Shown here in pieces: positions 22,114 to 35,164 of a stretch of DNA of 64,000 bases. Position 1 is the first letter of the stretch. Every line of letters starts with the position of its first letter. The notes under the pieces were generated by a model, which made no database searches, was not told the DNA's origin, and saw nothing but the letters and a program-made list of their open reading frames with translations. This DNA comes from Obrimoposthia wandeli. Taxonomy: Eukaryota. A program made the position numbers and the translations under genes. The stretch covers positions 1 to 64,000 of the forward strand of contig CDROCS010006010.1 of NCBI GenBank assembly GCA_977020255.1, read 5' to 3'.

Positions 22114-22389
22114 AGCTTCCTGTTACAAATCATCAATTATTATTACATCTTCTTTTTTCAATCTTTCACACCAATTCGCATCAAATCCTTCAATAAATTT
22201 TATTCCCTTCAACTTGCAAACGTATGTTTGGGTTAATCCACTTTCACCTCCTTCACCATAATGCCAATAAATATTTTTGAAACTAGAATTGAAAATAGAT
22301 TCATTTTGCAACAATTTACATACGAATTGTGTCTTTCCACTTCTACTGGGACCAACTATTTGAAATACAGAATTATTATTTAGCTCCAT
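22114..22389 (-). pseudogene. N-terminal half of the outer packaging ATPase
   Basis: MELNNNSVFQIVGPSRSGKT...IIIDDL*; contiguous with 9330-9682 once the insert and one TSD copy are removed. Confidence 0.9.
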
Positions 22390-22732
22390 TACATATACTC
22401 TTTCATATTTAATATTGTTTGTATTATCATAGAAGTTTCCTTATTTAAAATTATAATGCCAGATCTACAGTAGATGAAATACAAAAATTAATTAATGAAT
22501 ATTTGGCTATAATTTTATTTATTTGCGTTCGATTTCTAAATTCTCGAATAACGTGTGATCTAACCAATATTTCAATATTATTTCTTGTTGTATCATTATT
22601 TTTTTAATTCTGATAAAATTTGTTTCACCTCTATTTTTCCTGAAAAAAAATTCGTAGACAAGAGAATCCACTTCATTGTCGATATTTATAGTATAATTCA
22701 TTTGAAACAATTATTAATTGAAATAGGTTTGT

Positions 22733-23215
22733 TTATAGAAAAGATAACAAATTGTAATAAAATATATTTTCTAAAATCGATTCAAGAGTGTATTGATAAT
22801 TCAAATTTTTCAATCCCAAGACCAAAACTTTACTACCAGAAAATATTTTTACACATGGCAGTGTAAGCTTCAAATACCTGAGAGCAGGAAAATTTTCATA
22901 TTCAAACATGCATTCTTCTTTCATTTTCTCTGCAATTTTATAAAGATTTACTGGTTTCCCGATATGTATTTGATATTATGAAAATTGATTTTAATTCCAA
23001 ATGGTAAATTGATCTCATTCAGCGGTGTTATGCATCCCATAACACGACACTTCCTAAATAAATTCAATATGAAAATGAAATAAAAACTAACCTGAAAAAA
23101 ACCCTGTGAAACCATCAAACATTTTCACATATTGTTTCGGCTTCCAATCATTGAATGGTACGTGCAAAATATAATCTTTTATTCTTCCTTTATAATTTAT
23201 TATTACGGGTTTCAT
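22733..23215 (-). pseudogene. TBP-like gene of the outer element, same 38-nt intron (23054-23091)
   Basis: MKPVIINYKG...FTGFFSG| exon 1 is in frame; exon 2 is frameshifted; FEYENFPALRYLKL..CVKIFSGSKVLVLGLK. Confidence 0.75.
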
Positions 23216-23385
23216 TAGACTAAAATAGTTTTTCTGTAAATTCTTCTTTACATATGTCTGAACCTGCTTTTTATTGCACAATTCTTTTAAATATTTTGCA
23301 AATATGGATTTAGTTCAATCAAATTCAATAGTTTAGTTATGTTAATCAATGAGATTTATGTCTTTCATACAATTTAATAAAAAAA

Positions 23386-23637
23386 GTGGAAAATAAATAT
23401 CTAGTTAAAATTTTTACAACATCTGATATTGATCAATTGAAACATATTTTAGGGTTTTCCATACCATATTATGCATATGAAGGAAATTCTTTCCAGCTTG
23501 AAACTGATACCAGTCTGGCTTTTAGAGATGACCTAGGATATTTGATTGTTCCAATTTTAGATGAAGAACTATGGAATATTTCAATACGTCTTAATGAATA
23601 TTATGCTGATGGTTATGAAAAAATACAACATCTGTGA
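23386..23637 (+). CDS. Accessory protein X2, a diverged paralog of X1 (10125-10607)
   Basis: NSFQLETDTSLAFRDDLG...WNISIRL aligns with NEFYIRGPDEAFLDDYG...WTVTIRL. Confidence 0.55.
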   Translation: MENKYLVKIFTTSDIDQLKHILGFSIPYYAYEGNSFQLETDTSLAFRDDLGYLIVPILDEELWNISIRLNEYYADGYEKIQHL

Positions 23638-24637
23638 ACTCTGAGTGAAGCCAATATGGTGTTTTATATTTGATTATTTAAATAAATATTTTCTCCTAAT
23701 AATACTAATAATATGAGTATGGCGTACATATTTTTGTCCGAAGAAGCATAAAAATGTAGTCATACTCATACAAAATTATCATCTTAAATCTCGTCAACGG
23801 CTAGTCGATGGGGTCAATATGGATTCCTGTGGTATTCTATACTAACTTTTAAGTTTCATCCTTGGAGGTAGGATGTGAAATTCATATAATTTCCCTCCAT
23901 ACACACATGTATGATTTTAAAGAACAAAGGTTGTTTTTGTAATTATTTGTAGACTTTGACTTAATCGTCTTTTTGGGATACAGATATCGCGACAAAATGT
24001 TACGATAGGCAAGATTAAACGTTGAATCGATGATGACCAGTTCTGTCTAGAACTTGTTGAATTTACTAATAAATTTATACCACTTTTTTGGTAATTAAAT
24101 TTCGAATTTACAACAACAAAAAATTATATAAATTGTCATTCTTTATAAATATTGTATTTGTATTTTTATATCCGACATCAATTATGAAATACTTTGGTGA
24201 TAATTATATTTTTTGTAGTCAAAGATGATATGAGAAAATTTTAGCTGCATTGGTCTTTTGAGCAGTTGGAACTATTTACCCACCTGAGTTTTAGTGGATA
24301 TAAAAAAATGAAATGTTACAGACGATTCCCTTAAAGAAGTAAATAAACAAGATTCATGAAATTTTATTAAAAAAAGATAAAATAAAATCTTCTTTCATGA
24401 TGGGTGATAAAAATATACGTTCTTTGTCATTTATAGTTGTCGACAATGTAGAAAAATGTATAGAAAAATATCTAAGTTCAGAAAAACATGAAAAATCTTT
24501 ATAAAACAAATCAATTGAGTTCTTGAAATTTTGATGTGCAATCTCAAAACATGAAACATAATTGAAATACAATCTATTTAATAGATTATCAGGATTTATT
24601 CTCGTTAAAACTGATTATCTTAAAAAAAACAAGATTA

Positions 24638-26570
24638 TTATCTTAGATCCTCATCAGTTGCTCGTTCTTCTTCACACTGATCATCAGCTGGAGATTCAGA
24701 TTCTTCTCCTAGATCCTCATCAGTTGCTCGTTCCTCTTCACACTGATTGTCAGCTGGAGATCCGTCTTGTTCTTCTAGATCCTCATCAGTTGCTCGTTCT
24801 TCTTCAAACTGATCGTCAGCTGGAGACCCGGCTTGTTCTCTTAGATCCTCATGAGTTGCTCGTTCCTCTTCACACTGATCATCAGCTGGAGATTCAGATT
24901 CTTCTCCTAGATCCACATCAGTTTCTTTTTCTTCAGCAAACTGATCGTCAGCTAGAGACCCTGCTTGTTCTCCTAGATCCCCATCAGCTGCTTGTTCTTC
25001 TTCACACTGATCAGCAGCTGTATATTCAGATTCTTCTCCTAGATCCACATCAGTTTCTTGTTCTTCAGCAAACTGATCGTCAGCTAGAGACCCTGCTTGT
25101 TCTTCTAGATCCTCATCAGTTGCTCGTTCTTCTTCACACTGATAATCAGCTGGAGATTCAGATTCTTCTCCTAGATCCACATCAGTTTCTTGTTCTTCTT
25201 CAAACTGATCGTCAGCTGGAGACCCGGCTTGTTCTCTTAGATCCTCATCAGTTGCTCGTTCTTCTTCACACTGATAATCAGCTGGAGATTCAGATTCTTC
25301 TCCTAGATCCACATCAGTTTCTTGTTCTTCAGCAAACTGATCGTCAGCTAGAGACCATGCTTGTTCTCCTAGATCCTCATCAGTTGCTCGTTCTTCTTCA
25401 AACTGATCGTCAGCTGGAGACCCGGCTTGTTCTCCTATATCTTCATCAGTTGCCCGTTCTTCTTCACACTGATCATCAGCTGGAGATTCAGATTCTTCTC
25501 CTAGATCCACATCAGTTTCTCGTTCTTCAGCAAACTGATCGTAAGCTAGAGACCCTGCTTGTTCTCCTAGATCCTCATCAGTTGCTCGTTCTTCTTCATA
25601 CTGATCGTCAGCTGGAGACGAAGCTTGTTCTGCTATATCTTCATCAGTTGCTCGTTCTTCTTCACACTGATCGTCAGCTAAAGACGAAGCTTGTTCTGCT
25701 AGATCTTCGTCAGTTGCTTGTTCTTCCTCAAACTGATCGTCAGATGGAGACCCATCTTGTTCTCCTAGATCTTCATCAGTTGCTCGTTCTTTTTCACACT
25801 GATCATAAGCTGGAAACACTATAACAGCTGGAACTGACGGATAGAAATTTTCTTTTTTGGCATCTTTATTGTTAATAGACATGAGCATCTGCATCGCACC
25901 TTCTTCATCCTTGGATTCATCTTCCGTATACAACGGTACTTCCTCTTCATATTCCTTTTTATCGTCCCAGTCCCTGATAACAGATATCTTATTGTTAACT
26001 CTGTCTACTACCACTCGAACCTCCACTTCTTCGTTTTTATCGTCACAGTCACTATCAAAATTTTTATCATTTTTCAGACTAAACTCCACTCCCATTTCGA
26101 TTGAACCAGCTCTACTTTTCAATTCTACAGAATTCAAATATTCTGCATCTACACAGTCATTCTCAGTGCCGGTCAGTTTACCATCAAAACTAGTTTGTGT
26201 GACCAATATATTTCCCTCTGCATCTCCAATATACCCAGCAACCGTAGATCTATCTACATTGTCAACAAAATCTTGTCTGCTGCCTTCAGATGGCATACTC
26301 CACTCAACTCCGTTGTCTACATCCTCATAGACTCCTGAAGGTCGTGCATTTGATTCTTGGTGGACCTCAAGCTTGTTCCTGTATTTCTGATTGTCGTATT
26401 TGTCCTTAAAATCGCCCACCGCAAGCCCTGGTATGCCGTAATAACTTACACTTAGCCCACTTTCGTAAGCTGATAGATTAGGACGACGTTCTATAAGTTG
26501 TGGTGTATCATAATGATCTTTGGCTTCATCATCGTCGTCAATGGTTGCTTCATTACTGAGATGGAATGAT
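24638..26570 (-). CDS. Duplicated terminal exon of the host receptor: acidic cytoplasmic tail with about 18 x 22-aa repeats
   Basis: Acceptor tttcatttttag|A at 26571, open to TAA at 24638-24640; paralog of 38331-41184. Confidence 0.75.
24640..25810 (-). repeat. 66-bp coding tandem repeat (DDQxEEExATDEDLxEQAGSxA), about 18 units
   Basis: 22-aa period in the translation. Confidence 0.95.
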
Positions 26571-26759
26571 CTAAAAATGAAAACTTCCGTTATACATTCA
26601 GTCACTTACACATACACAGTCAATCTCAGTCATAACCACAGTCACGTTCATTTTCGAAATCACATTAACGGTCCCAGGCTCGGTCAGTCATAGTTACATA
26701 GCCACAGTAACAGCCATAGTCACAGTGACATACATTTCTGTAATCAGTCACAGTCACTC

Positions 26760-27170
26760 AGTCATACTGTCACAGTCACACAGTCATACTGTCACAGTCA
26801 CACAGTCATACTGTCACAGTCACACAGTCATACTGTCACAGTCACACAGTCATACTGTCACAGTCACACAGTCATACTGTCACAGTCACACAGTCATACT
26901 GTCACAGTCACACAGTCATACTGTCACAGTCACACAGTCATATATTCACAGGCACACAGTCACACAGTCATACTGTCACAGGCACACAGTCATAATGTCA
27001 CAGTCACACAGTCAAAATGTCACAGACACACAGTCATACTGTCACAGTCACACAGTCATAATGTCACAGGCACACAGTCAAAATGTCACAGACACACAGT
27101 CATAATGTCACAGGCACACAGTCATACTGTCACAGGCACACAGTCATAATGTCACAGGCACACAGTCAAA
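26760..27170. repeat. 22-bp intronic satellite (CACAGTCACACAGTCATACTGT), about 18 units
   Basis: Direct inspection. Confidence 0.95.
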
Positions 27171-27180
27171 TAGGCCTTGC

Positions 27181-27283
27181 CTTGTACGCAGTTTTTTTCG
27201 GTTTATCCATAAAGCAGCGCCACCACAGATGAGACAAAGGCCAAAGAATATCCCAAGTACACAACCGACAATTGTCCATGTCC
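27181..27283 (-). CDS. Duplicated transmembrane exon of the host receptor
   Basis: ttgtttcag|GG...WTIVGCVLGIFFGLCLICGGAALWINRKKLRTR|GCAAGG (GC donor); 103 nt, phase 1 to 2. Confidence 0.8.
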
Positions 27284-27344
27284 CTGAAACAATTCGTATT
27301 TGATGTGAATAAACATTGGAAATAGCATTGAATCATCCACTTAC

Positions 27345-27415
27345 AGGTTCCGGTTTGGAATTCATAACTGCCCGCTGTGAAGAATCCGTTTGGTGAGTAT
27401 GCTCTAAAGGCAGTC
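27345..27415 (-). CDS. Duplicated juxtamembrane exon of the host receptor
   Basis: tttag|G...TAFRAYSPNGFFTAGSYEFQTGT|GTAAGT; 71 nt, phase 2 to 1. Confidence 0.8.
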
Positions 27416-28799
27416 CTAAATTGGAGTTACAATAATTAATCGTTGCACATTAGAAATTAGAACTTATTCTGCACATTTTATTCTCCACTATCTAATGAAG
27501 TCATCTAAGAAACAAGGGTATATTTTAATTTCCACATGATAATGAATGAGTAATTTCACATTCAGAAATAATGTTGATTGAAACATCTGAAATAAAGAAA
27601 TTGACAGAAAGCAGTCATCCGCATTTGTGCTCTACATTAAAAGAGGTCGTATGCGTTATGCCCCCTTCAATTTGACAATGGCATCGGTTGATGTTCCCAC
27701 ATTAAATGTAAAGATAAACCATTCAAATACCGATTGCAGAGTCAGGGGGCCGGGTTGGCGTTGTGTGGGGCAACATTTTGATCAGACTATCCATCATTGG
27801 AGATATGGACGCTTTCATAATCCCGTCTCACTTGCCAAACAATCTCGGTGTCACATTGGCAAAACACTGCACAACACGACGTTTGTTGTTTAATAGGACA
27901 ATATTGAGCGGAGTTTTGCATTGCTTCGAATATGCCAAGCGAAGTTACCAATGAAGTTACTTAAAAATACAATAAGTACAGAAGCATAAAGATGTTGATG
28001 GAAAATTTGAATTTTTATAATGAAAACAATTTATTGACTTTTTAATTTTTATTTTATAAGAAATTTCCGAACATTCTTTGTATAAAAACGAACTAAAGTT
28101 ATCTAGTAATGATCCAATCTTTCCGTTTATCACTATGTATAAATGTCATTTGCTGATAAAAACATTTCCCATGTTTATTACCTAAATCACCAATTTTCTG
28201 GATAAAAATCTTAATGAGAATGAAAAATACAGTTTTAATGACATTCAACATCCAAGAATATCTTTACAAATTGCTTTAATAATTTCAACTCTATGCGTAG
28301 AAGAGGTAAAAATTTATTTATTTTTCATTTGACCAACTTTATCAAAATGTGAGATGATTATGACAAGCATGCAAAGCCTAGGATTTATCTTTATCTCCAG
28401 TTGAACATGGGAAATAATTACAATTCGTTGATTATAAATTGCCATTTTGTGACCAAAATATACAATTTTTAAGTATCAATGAAGCAAAAAATATTAAGAC
28501 ACTTTTATAATTGAATATAAGTATTTTATTAAAAATATTAGAAGTTATATTATTTTAAAATTATGAGATTTATGAAAATTGACAAAAACGTATATAATAT
28601 CATTTAACTTAAATTTAATAGGAGGTAGAAAATTTTCGAGAATATATTGAAATCAGCGCAAAAAATAGATTATTTTTTCATTACTAATAAATTTTGGATG
28701 AGTTTTAGATCGATGAATTTTTTAAAATATATCTTCAATAACCAATAGTATTTGGAACATAGTCGTATCTGGAAAGGTGAATGATTAGAAGTACTGGCG

Positions 28800-29308
28800 A
28801 ATAATGATTTTTCTTGAATGAAAGAACTTCAAAGGGACCTTTAAAATGCGATTGATTGTTTGCTCCATTTCTTCCACATCGATTTTGATACATCAAGCTA
28901 ACTTTGTCGCCAATCTTATTTTCAAAATTGGTTGTCTCAAGGTCGACAATCTCATCTCAAATGTTAATCATGGAATGGACCCAATCATTATATGATACGT
29001 CTTCATTAGGGTTACCTGGGCATTTTGAAGTGCAAAATTTGTGTACGAATTGAAATTAAAATAGGGTGTAAAACATCTGGCAAAAGATTCTACTACCCTC
29101 TTTCCCATTATTCGATTGTTCCTCTCTGTCAGTATGTTAGCCTGCTCCTGAAACACTGATGCTACTGGCTGTTGACTCTTTCAGAAATGCTGCTCACAAA
29201 TTCTCCTCCATGATCATTGATCTGAACATCTACAGCACATGAATGTCTACATACAATATATTCGAATATAAATTCCATAACCAAATCCGCAGTCTCATCC
29301 CTAATGCT
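28800..29308 (-). pseudogene. Ty3/Gypsy-type integrase remnant, truncated at the duplication junction
   Basis: INDHGGEFVSSIS, QANILTERNNR and KTYHIMIGSIP resemble the rve core (xDQGxEF, QxNGxxERxN, TPYxLMxGRxP). Confidence 0.7.
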
Positions 29309-29650
29309 GAGGCTTATAGTCAAAGCCAACCAGGTGGAGAATTACCATATTTTGTTTGTACACAATATGGATCTGGCTGGCTTAGAACATTAGGTAGATA
29401 TTTAAAAGAGACTCGGACATTTTATATCAAAATTAGGAAAGGATTACCTTTCGTCTAATGACAATAAACTAATACCAACTTTTAAGAAGCATGGGCTTGA
29501 TGAACTTGATAATGTTTTACCTGAAGTTGCTAATTTGATTAGAAAACGTAAATCAAATAAAAGCCAAGGAGGTAGTGGATTTAAAAGTAAAAAGAAGCAA
29601 AAAATTAATATAAACAAACGTAAGAAAGTTGAAGGAACAATATTTGCAAA

Positions 29651-30879
29651 ATGAGTTGCGCCAAAACCGAATTGTGTATTTTTGATAAACCTCTTCTACA
29701 AGTAGTTGTAGATAATGCTTCCTTTGAAGAAATATTTCTAGTTAACTCACTTTCAGGAACCACTTTAACCGAATTAGAATTTAATATGAATGGTTCCAAT
29801 AGCGAGTATTTAGATTTGAATGATACTTTGCTTTATGTTCAAATAAAAGTATTAAAACGGGATGGTACTAATTTAGATGAAAATGCCGATGTAACACTTG
29901 TAAATTATCTCTTTAATTCTTTATTTAGTGATGCCATTGTTACTCTTAATAATGTCAAAATTGAAGGTGGAAATTCTTCCTATGCTCATAAAGCTTTGAT
30001 TGAAAGTCTTTTGAATTATAGTACTGATACTCAAAATACTAATTTGGCAACCATTGGTTATGATAAAACGGTCGCAACTCGCAAAGAATGGATTACAGGT
30101 TCTAAAGCTTACGAAATATGTGGGTCTTTGAGATTGAATTTCTTTGAATAACCGAAATATTTAATTCCTGGTGTTAATGTACATCTTCGTTTGCAACGTA
30201 ATAAATGGCATTTTTCTTTGATAAGCACAGACGTTCTAAAACCTAGACTTGATGTTTTGAATGCAAAATTGTATGTTCGAAGAGTTAAAACCGAGCAATC
30301 AGTTTTAATGGCACATAATATATGAATGGAAAAAAACAATGCTTGTTATCCTATTAGAGAAACTAAACTTATATCTTATTCTTTAGGTACGGGTACACAA
30401 ACTTTTAATAAGGATCAGATTTTTGGTGATGTAAGATTACCGAAATTCATTTTAATTTCTTTTCAAAAAACTGCAAAGTATCTAGGAAATTATACGACAG
30501 ATGCACCTCAATTTGACAATCTTAATGTAGGTTCAGTGACACTTTCAAGAAATACTGATTATCGCAAAACATATAAAACAGATTTCGAAGGTAATGCTTA
30601 TGCTTTGGCTTATACGCAATCTATTATTTGGAATTTGGGCCAACTAGATAAAAATATAAACATTGGTATTTCTTTCACTGAGTCTAAAATCAGCTGCCTG
30701 TTCTTCACATTTGTTTTGGCACCAGACTTTGATATAAACCAATGCCAACTACCAAAGGATGGGAATTTACGACTAGAATTAAGTTCAATGCAGCTTTAAC
30801 ACATCCTACTACGGTGCTTATTTATGGAGTGTTTGATTCCGAAATACAAATCAATAAAAACAGAACTGTCATATTATAG
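29651..30879 (+). pseudogene. Major capsid protein, duplicate copy
   Basis: Shares the TAA at 30149-30151 and adds TGA at 30323-30325 plus a frameshift near 30780. Confidence 0.92.
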
Positions 30880-30880
30880 A

Positions 30881-31270
30881 ATGAAGTAAGACATTTTTTA
30901 AATTTATATTTATTAATTTTTATTTAGTTCAGTATAAGTATAAGAATCAGCAGAGAAGGTCCTGGGTGATAAATTCAATGGAGTTTATCCTATTGATATG
31001 AATCCAATTTTTCAATATGGAGGTTACACTATCAATACTCATACTTCGAATTTACCAGGAGAACATTGGATAGCTATTTATGTTAGAGAGTGGACAATAC
31101 ATGTATTTGATCCACTTGCAATGTATTATCCACAAAACTCGTTTCAACTATTCAAAAAGGACAAAGAAGAGTATTTTACAACAAGATACAATATCAGGAT
31201 CCTGATACGAGAAACTGTGGACATTTATGTATTTTATGGTTATCGTTGCAAAACGATTAGTGTGTTATAA
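30881..31270 (+). pseudogene. Adenain-like protease, duplicate copy (42-nt intron 30886-30927)
   Basis: NLPGEHWIAIY...VFDPL; same intron and stops as copy 1. Confidence 0.85.
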
Positions 31271-31510
31271 AAATAAATATTTTTAATTTTTTTTTAAATC
31301 CCTAAAAATATAAGGGTAAAATAATAAAAGACATTAGACGAAATTTTGTTTAATACATTTATTAAAAACAACATCACAGTGAGATCTGTCAGCAAAGATA
31401 AGGTCCATCCTAAAAAATGTATTGAAATAACAAAAAGTTAGAGTCAAGGTGCCATAGGGATCTAAAATTTTAAAAAACTAATCTAAAAAAATTCAAAAAA
31501 TGAAAACCGT

Positions 31511-32026
31511 TTAAATTCTGAAGTGTCCATAAGCCAGGCTAGCGTTTTTTTCTACCCAAAAGCGCTTGTCGTCATTACTACTCAAAGTGATTTTGGTTGA
31601 TTTATGGGAATACAGTTGATGGGCTCTTGAAATAAATCTAGTTTGCTCAACACTTTCAATACACCCAGTATCGTAAACTTTCCGGTAGGTCTCATGTGTA
31701 AAATTGTTTCTTTCCACACCCTTTGCTTTCATTGAACATGTATTATTAGATGCATGTAAACTGTGGCATTTAGGGCGTAGGAAAATACAATCATCATACG
31801 AAACCTGTCCCTCGCTTTCATCCTTAAATTTCCCGATAATATCTTTTAAACTCATAGAATGTAGAGGATGGTTAGCGGGATATTTATGGGTATCTAATAA
31901 GTTGTCCCTAAACATTGCCGGTAATAATTGATTATATAAACTAACATTCCTGTATTCTAAAAAGAAAGAGTCAGTGTCAGTGTAAACGGGTTGAATCACT
32001 GCAACTGGAATTGGAGCAGGTGAGGC
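31511..32026 (-). pseudogene. pPolB C-terminal fragment, duplicate copy
   Basis: YTDTDSFF...KAKGV...DDKR. Confidence 0.9.
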
Positions 32027-32526
32027 CTATGAATCGCGCACCAATTGCACGATATCCCTCTTCTTGTTGTTGGCCGTGAAACAGGATAGGTGAACTCGAT
32101 GTTCAAGAAAGAAGTCTCGAAACTCCTTCTCCTCCATTGTTCTGCAGAAGATACAGACGAAGAATTGAAGCCCGCGAGACTTTGTCCGCTAGTAGGCGGA
32201 CATTATCTCCATGCAGGTCTCTCCTCCATGCGAAGCCAAAGCACCACAATATGCTGGAAACAGGATACAAGTAATATGAAATAATAAATATTAATAAAGA
32301 AATAATAAGTATAGATTCTTACCATAGTCATTATTTCAAATAGTCGGGGATTTTAATGAAGAAAGTGTTTGCTTATATACTAAAATTTATGCACACATGC
32401 TCTTTTCCTATTGGATTAAAAAATTGAATTTTATTAAGAAGGATTGTTTATCTGTTAAAAGGTTGAAAAAAAATTTTTTATTCCTCCAATCAAAAGAATT
32501 ATTTGTAATTGAATTAGAAGAATTGT

Positions 32527-33015
32527 TTATCTACATGTCAAGTAATAATAAGATAGACTTAAACATTTTTTATATGCGCAATGGTCACCATGATTACGAT
32601 ATGGACAGCAAATATTTCCTGGAATTTTTAATAGATGATCACGTGAAATATTTAAAGTATTCAACCTCAATTTGGGAAAATAATTTTTTAAAGTCTTATA
32701 CTTTTTGACATCCATTTCATCTAAAACATAAAAAATTCCATTTTAAATATCAAAATTATATTTTATTGTTTCGAAAATGCATATTTCACAAAAAGCCATA
32801 TGTCCTTCTTTCCATTTTAATAAATGAAAATAATTAGTTAGATATAAATTAGTAAATTTTTTCTTATAATCTAAACTTTTAAACGGGATATATATTTGAA
32901 ATATGAAATGCAAAGGATTAAAAATGTTGCATACATCCATAATACATAATTCTTTTATAATATAATCACCATTTTTGTTAATGAAAGCCTCAAAATCTAT
33001 GATATATTCCTGCAT
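32527..33015 (-). pseudogene. DEDD-like / Cys-His accessory gene, duplicate copy
   Basis: ORFs 32743-33015 and 32527-32715. Confidence 0.65.
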
Positions 33016-33411
33016 AATTATCTAAATTTGCAGCAAATCCCGTTGTTTATAACGAAAATAATCATTAATCAAAAATTTATTAAAATAACAAAGTGCTCAG
33101 GATTCAGTCTTTCATGTTAATATTGGTATATATTGTCAATTCTCTTATGAATATTAAAATAAATTATATTAAATGTAAACATACCTAAATATTTCGAAAT
33201 TAAATTACATAATTTATCTCCAACAATTTCCACAGTATCATTTTCTGAAAAGTAATTTTTTTATAATCTTCCATTAAATCTGGAGATAATTTTATGTATA
33301 ACTTATTCCAATTTTTATTATCCATTTTACAAAATACATTATATATAATTTTGTTTATATTTAGACAATTATGTAACATAATCAATAAAGAAAAAATAAT
33401 AATCAAAAATT

Positions 33412-33717
33412 TTATTTTTTTGTAGAAGGACCCTCTTCCGGTTTAATCTGGAGTATTCTCTTTCTTGCAGTACGCCGAACATCCTCCATCTCTTCTCTTC
33501 TTTTTTCATCCACCTTCCTTTTTTCCATTTCGATCTTCTTATTCCATTCCACGATGCGACGTCGTTCTGCTAGCCTCCTATCTTGTATATCCACCCGACG
33601 ATTCCACTCGGTCGCGACAACAATATACAGATTCTGATTAAGGACCCTCTTTCTTAAGTCCCCTTTCTTCTCATTTATTCTGATGTTTGCTTCAATTTTC
33701 GTTACCAGACTCTTCAT
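33412..33717 (-). CDS. Coiled-coil-like Maverick protein, duplicate copy
   Basis: Intact 101 aa, two substitutions versus 19079-19384. Confidence 0.6.
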   Translation of the reverse strand: MKSLVTKIEANIRINEKKGDLRKRVLNQNLYIVVATEWNRRVDIQDRRLAERRRIVEWNKKIEMEKRKVDEKRREEMEDVRRTARKRILQIKPEEGPSTKK

Positions 33718-33949
33718 TTTAATGAATTCATTTTTTAATTATGAAGAGGTTAATAAATTTGAACCTATATATATAAATTTAAGATATTTTTTAATCTAAT
33801 TAAACTATATATTTTTATTTATCAAATGAGAGTTTAATAAATATATAACTTATCATTGCATTTAAACCTAATAAACTTAAAGATAGTATTTTAATATTTC
33901 TAAATTTAAATTTTTTTAAAAATAAATTTTAAGAAGAAAAGACATGAAA

Positions 33950-35160
33950 TTAATTTTTATAAATTATATTCTTAAACATCTTTAAGTCATCATTAGGATC
34001 ATCCGGATCGAAATCCCTCCGGCTAAGTATTATTGGAGAAAGCGGTACTGGCTCTTTCTTCTTTGGCCGTCCTGGTTTCTTTTTCGGCTTCACAGGTTGT
34101 TGTACAGCAATTGTCCTTATCTCAGGTTAGCAACTTTTTGGGAGGAGGTGCAGCCGATGTTGAGGGCCCCGACATAGAAGTCCTCTTCCGTGGGGCTTTC
34201 TTCTGTTTCTCCTCCTTCTCACGCTGAAGCTGGCGTGAAACGGCATCCTGTTGCCCTCGCGAATCTTGAAGCATTGCCGGTGTATACAGTTCCGCCAGGA
34301 ATTCATCCAACCCAGCTTCATCCCAGGCCCTCTTCAAGTTCTGACTGGTTGTTGGAGATGCAGTCTCCCAAGCCTTGGTCAAATTTGATGTCTCCTGTAG
34401 GCGTCGTTGACTTGACGGTGGACTAATCTCGATCGGTGAGACTGAGATCCTCTCGTATAGAATTGGCCCGTCGTCCACTGGAGATGAGAGAATCTCCTGC
34501 CGTCCAATCACCGTCTCAGAAGAATGTTGAATTGAGGTGCTACATTTTTTCGAGCGCTTCGTCTTCTTCACCTCTGCTCACTTCGTCCGTTTCTTGGGGA
34601 AAAGAGTAATTTCTCCCCATGTCTCCTCAATTATCTAGACGGGTTCCTGCAAAATATTAATAAAATGTAAATAAATAAATAATTTACCTCAATGACGGGC
34701 AGGTTAGCCTGTTTCACCAACTTGGCCTTCTTCCGAGTGTGGGTTTTGACCCGATGGCGTTGCGGTTTCTTAACTGCCGCTTGCTTCCTATCCACCGGTT
34801 GAATAGGCGTCGGCTCTTCGTGGATGTTCTCCATCTATGTGAATTATTAAATTTAATATCTAAATAATTTACATTAAAATTATCTGGAGACGCTAGGTAT
34901 CGGAGCTGACTCCTGACTCCTTGGTTCTTCTCTTGGAGTTGAGCTGGCCAATGAGGCTTCTTCTTCCAACAGGTTCGCTCTTGCTGCTGCTTTTCCTTCG
35001 CTCACCACCGATGAGTCTTGACTATCTAAGTCAATGTATTGCAACGGTGGTGGCGTTTGCTGCTGCACTGGAAAGAGATCCCCATAGAGTTGAACATCCG
35101 AAGGGGCGAGTGGTATATGTTAGGGTCTTGGGTATGACACGGGTCGTCTACAAGTGTAGT
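33950..35160 (-). pseudogene. AT-hook protein gene, duplicate copy (41-nt intron 34647-34687)
   Basis: Colinear with 19617-20820. Confidence 0.6.
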
Positions 35161-35164
35161 CACC

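Larger units (their letters stand above)
22114..23930 (-). mobile_element. Right-hand part of the outer (older) Maverick: ATPase N-terminus, small ORF, TBP-like gene, X2 gene, eroded subterminal sequence
   Basis: Reverse complement is colinear with 9790-11950 but visibly more diverged; the terminus is not recognisable. Confidence 0.85.
14975..29308. repeat. Tandem segmental duplication, unit 1 (14,334 bp)
   Basis: Colinear with 29309-45545; junction ...CCCTAATGCT|GAGGCTTATAG at 29308/29309. Confidence 0.92.

Noticed and set aside
24562-25824. 420-aa (and 728-aa at 38255-40441) Leu-rich plus-strand ORFs
   Set aside because: Antisense shadow of the 66-bp coding repeat. They begin and end with the repeat and have no splice or domain support, whereas the minus frame links to the TM exon.
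27600-27960. GC-richer tract with ORFs 27627-27893 and 27763-27954 (also 43865-44192) as a possible extra receptor exon
   Set aside because: All three minus frames contain stops, the gene model needs no exon here, and the plus ORFs have no recognisable motif.
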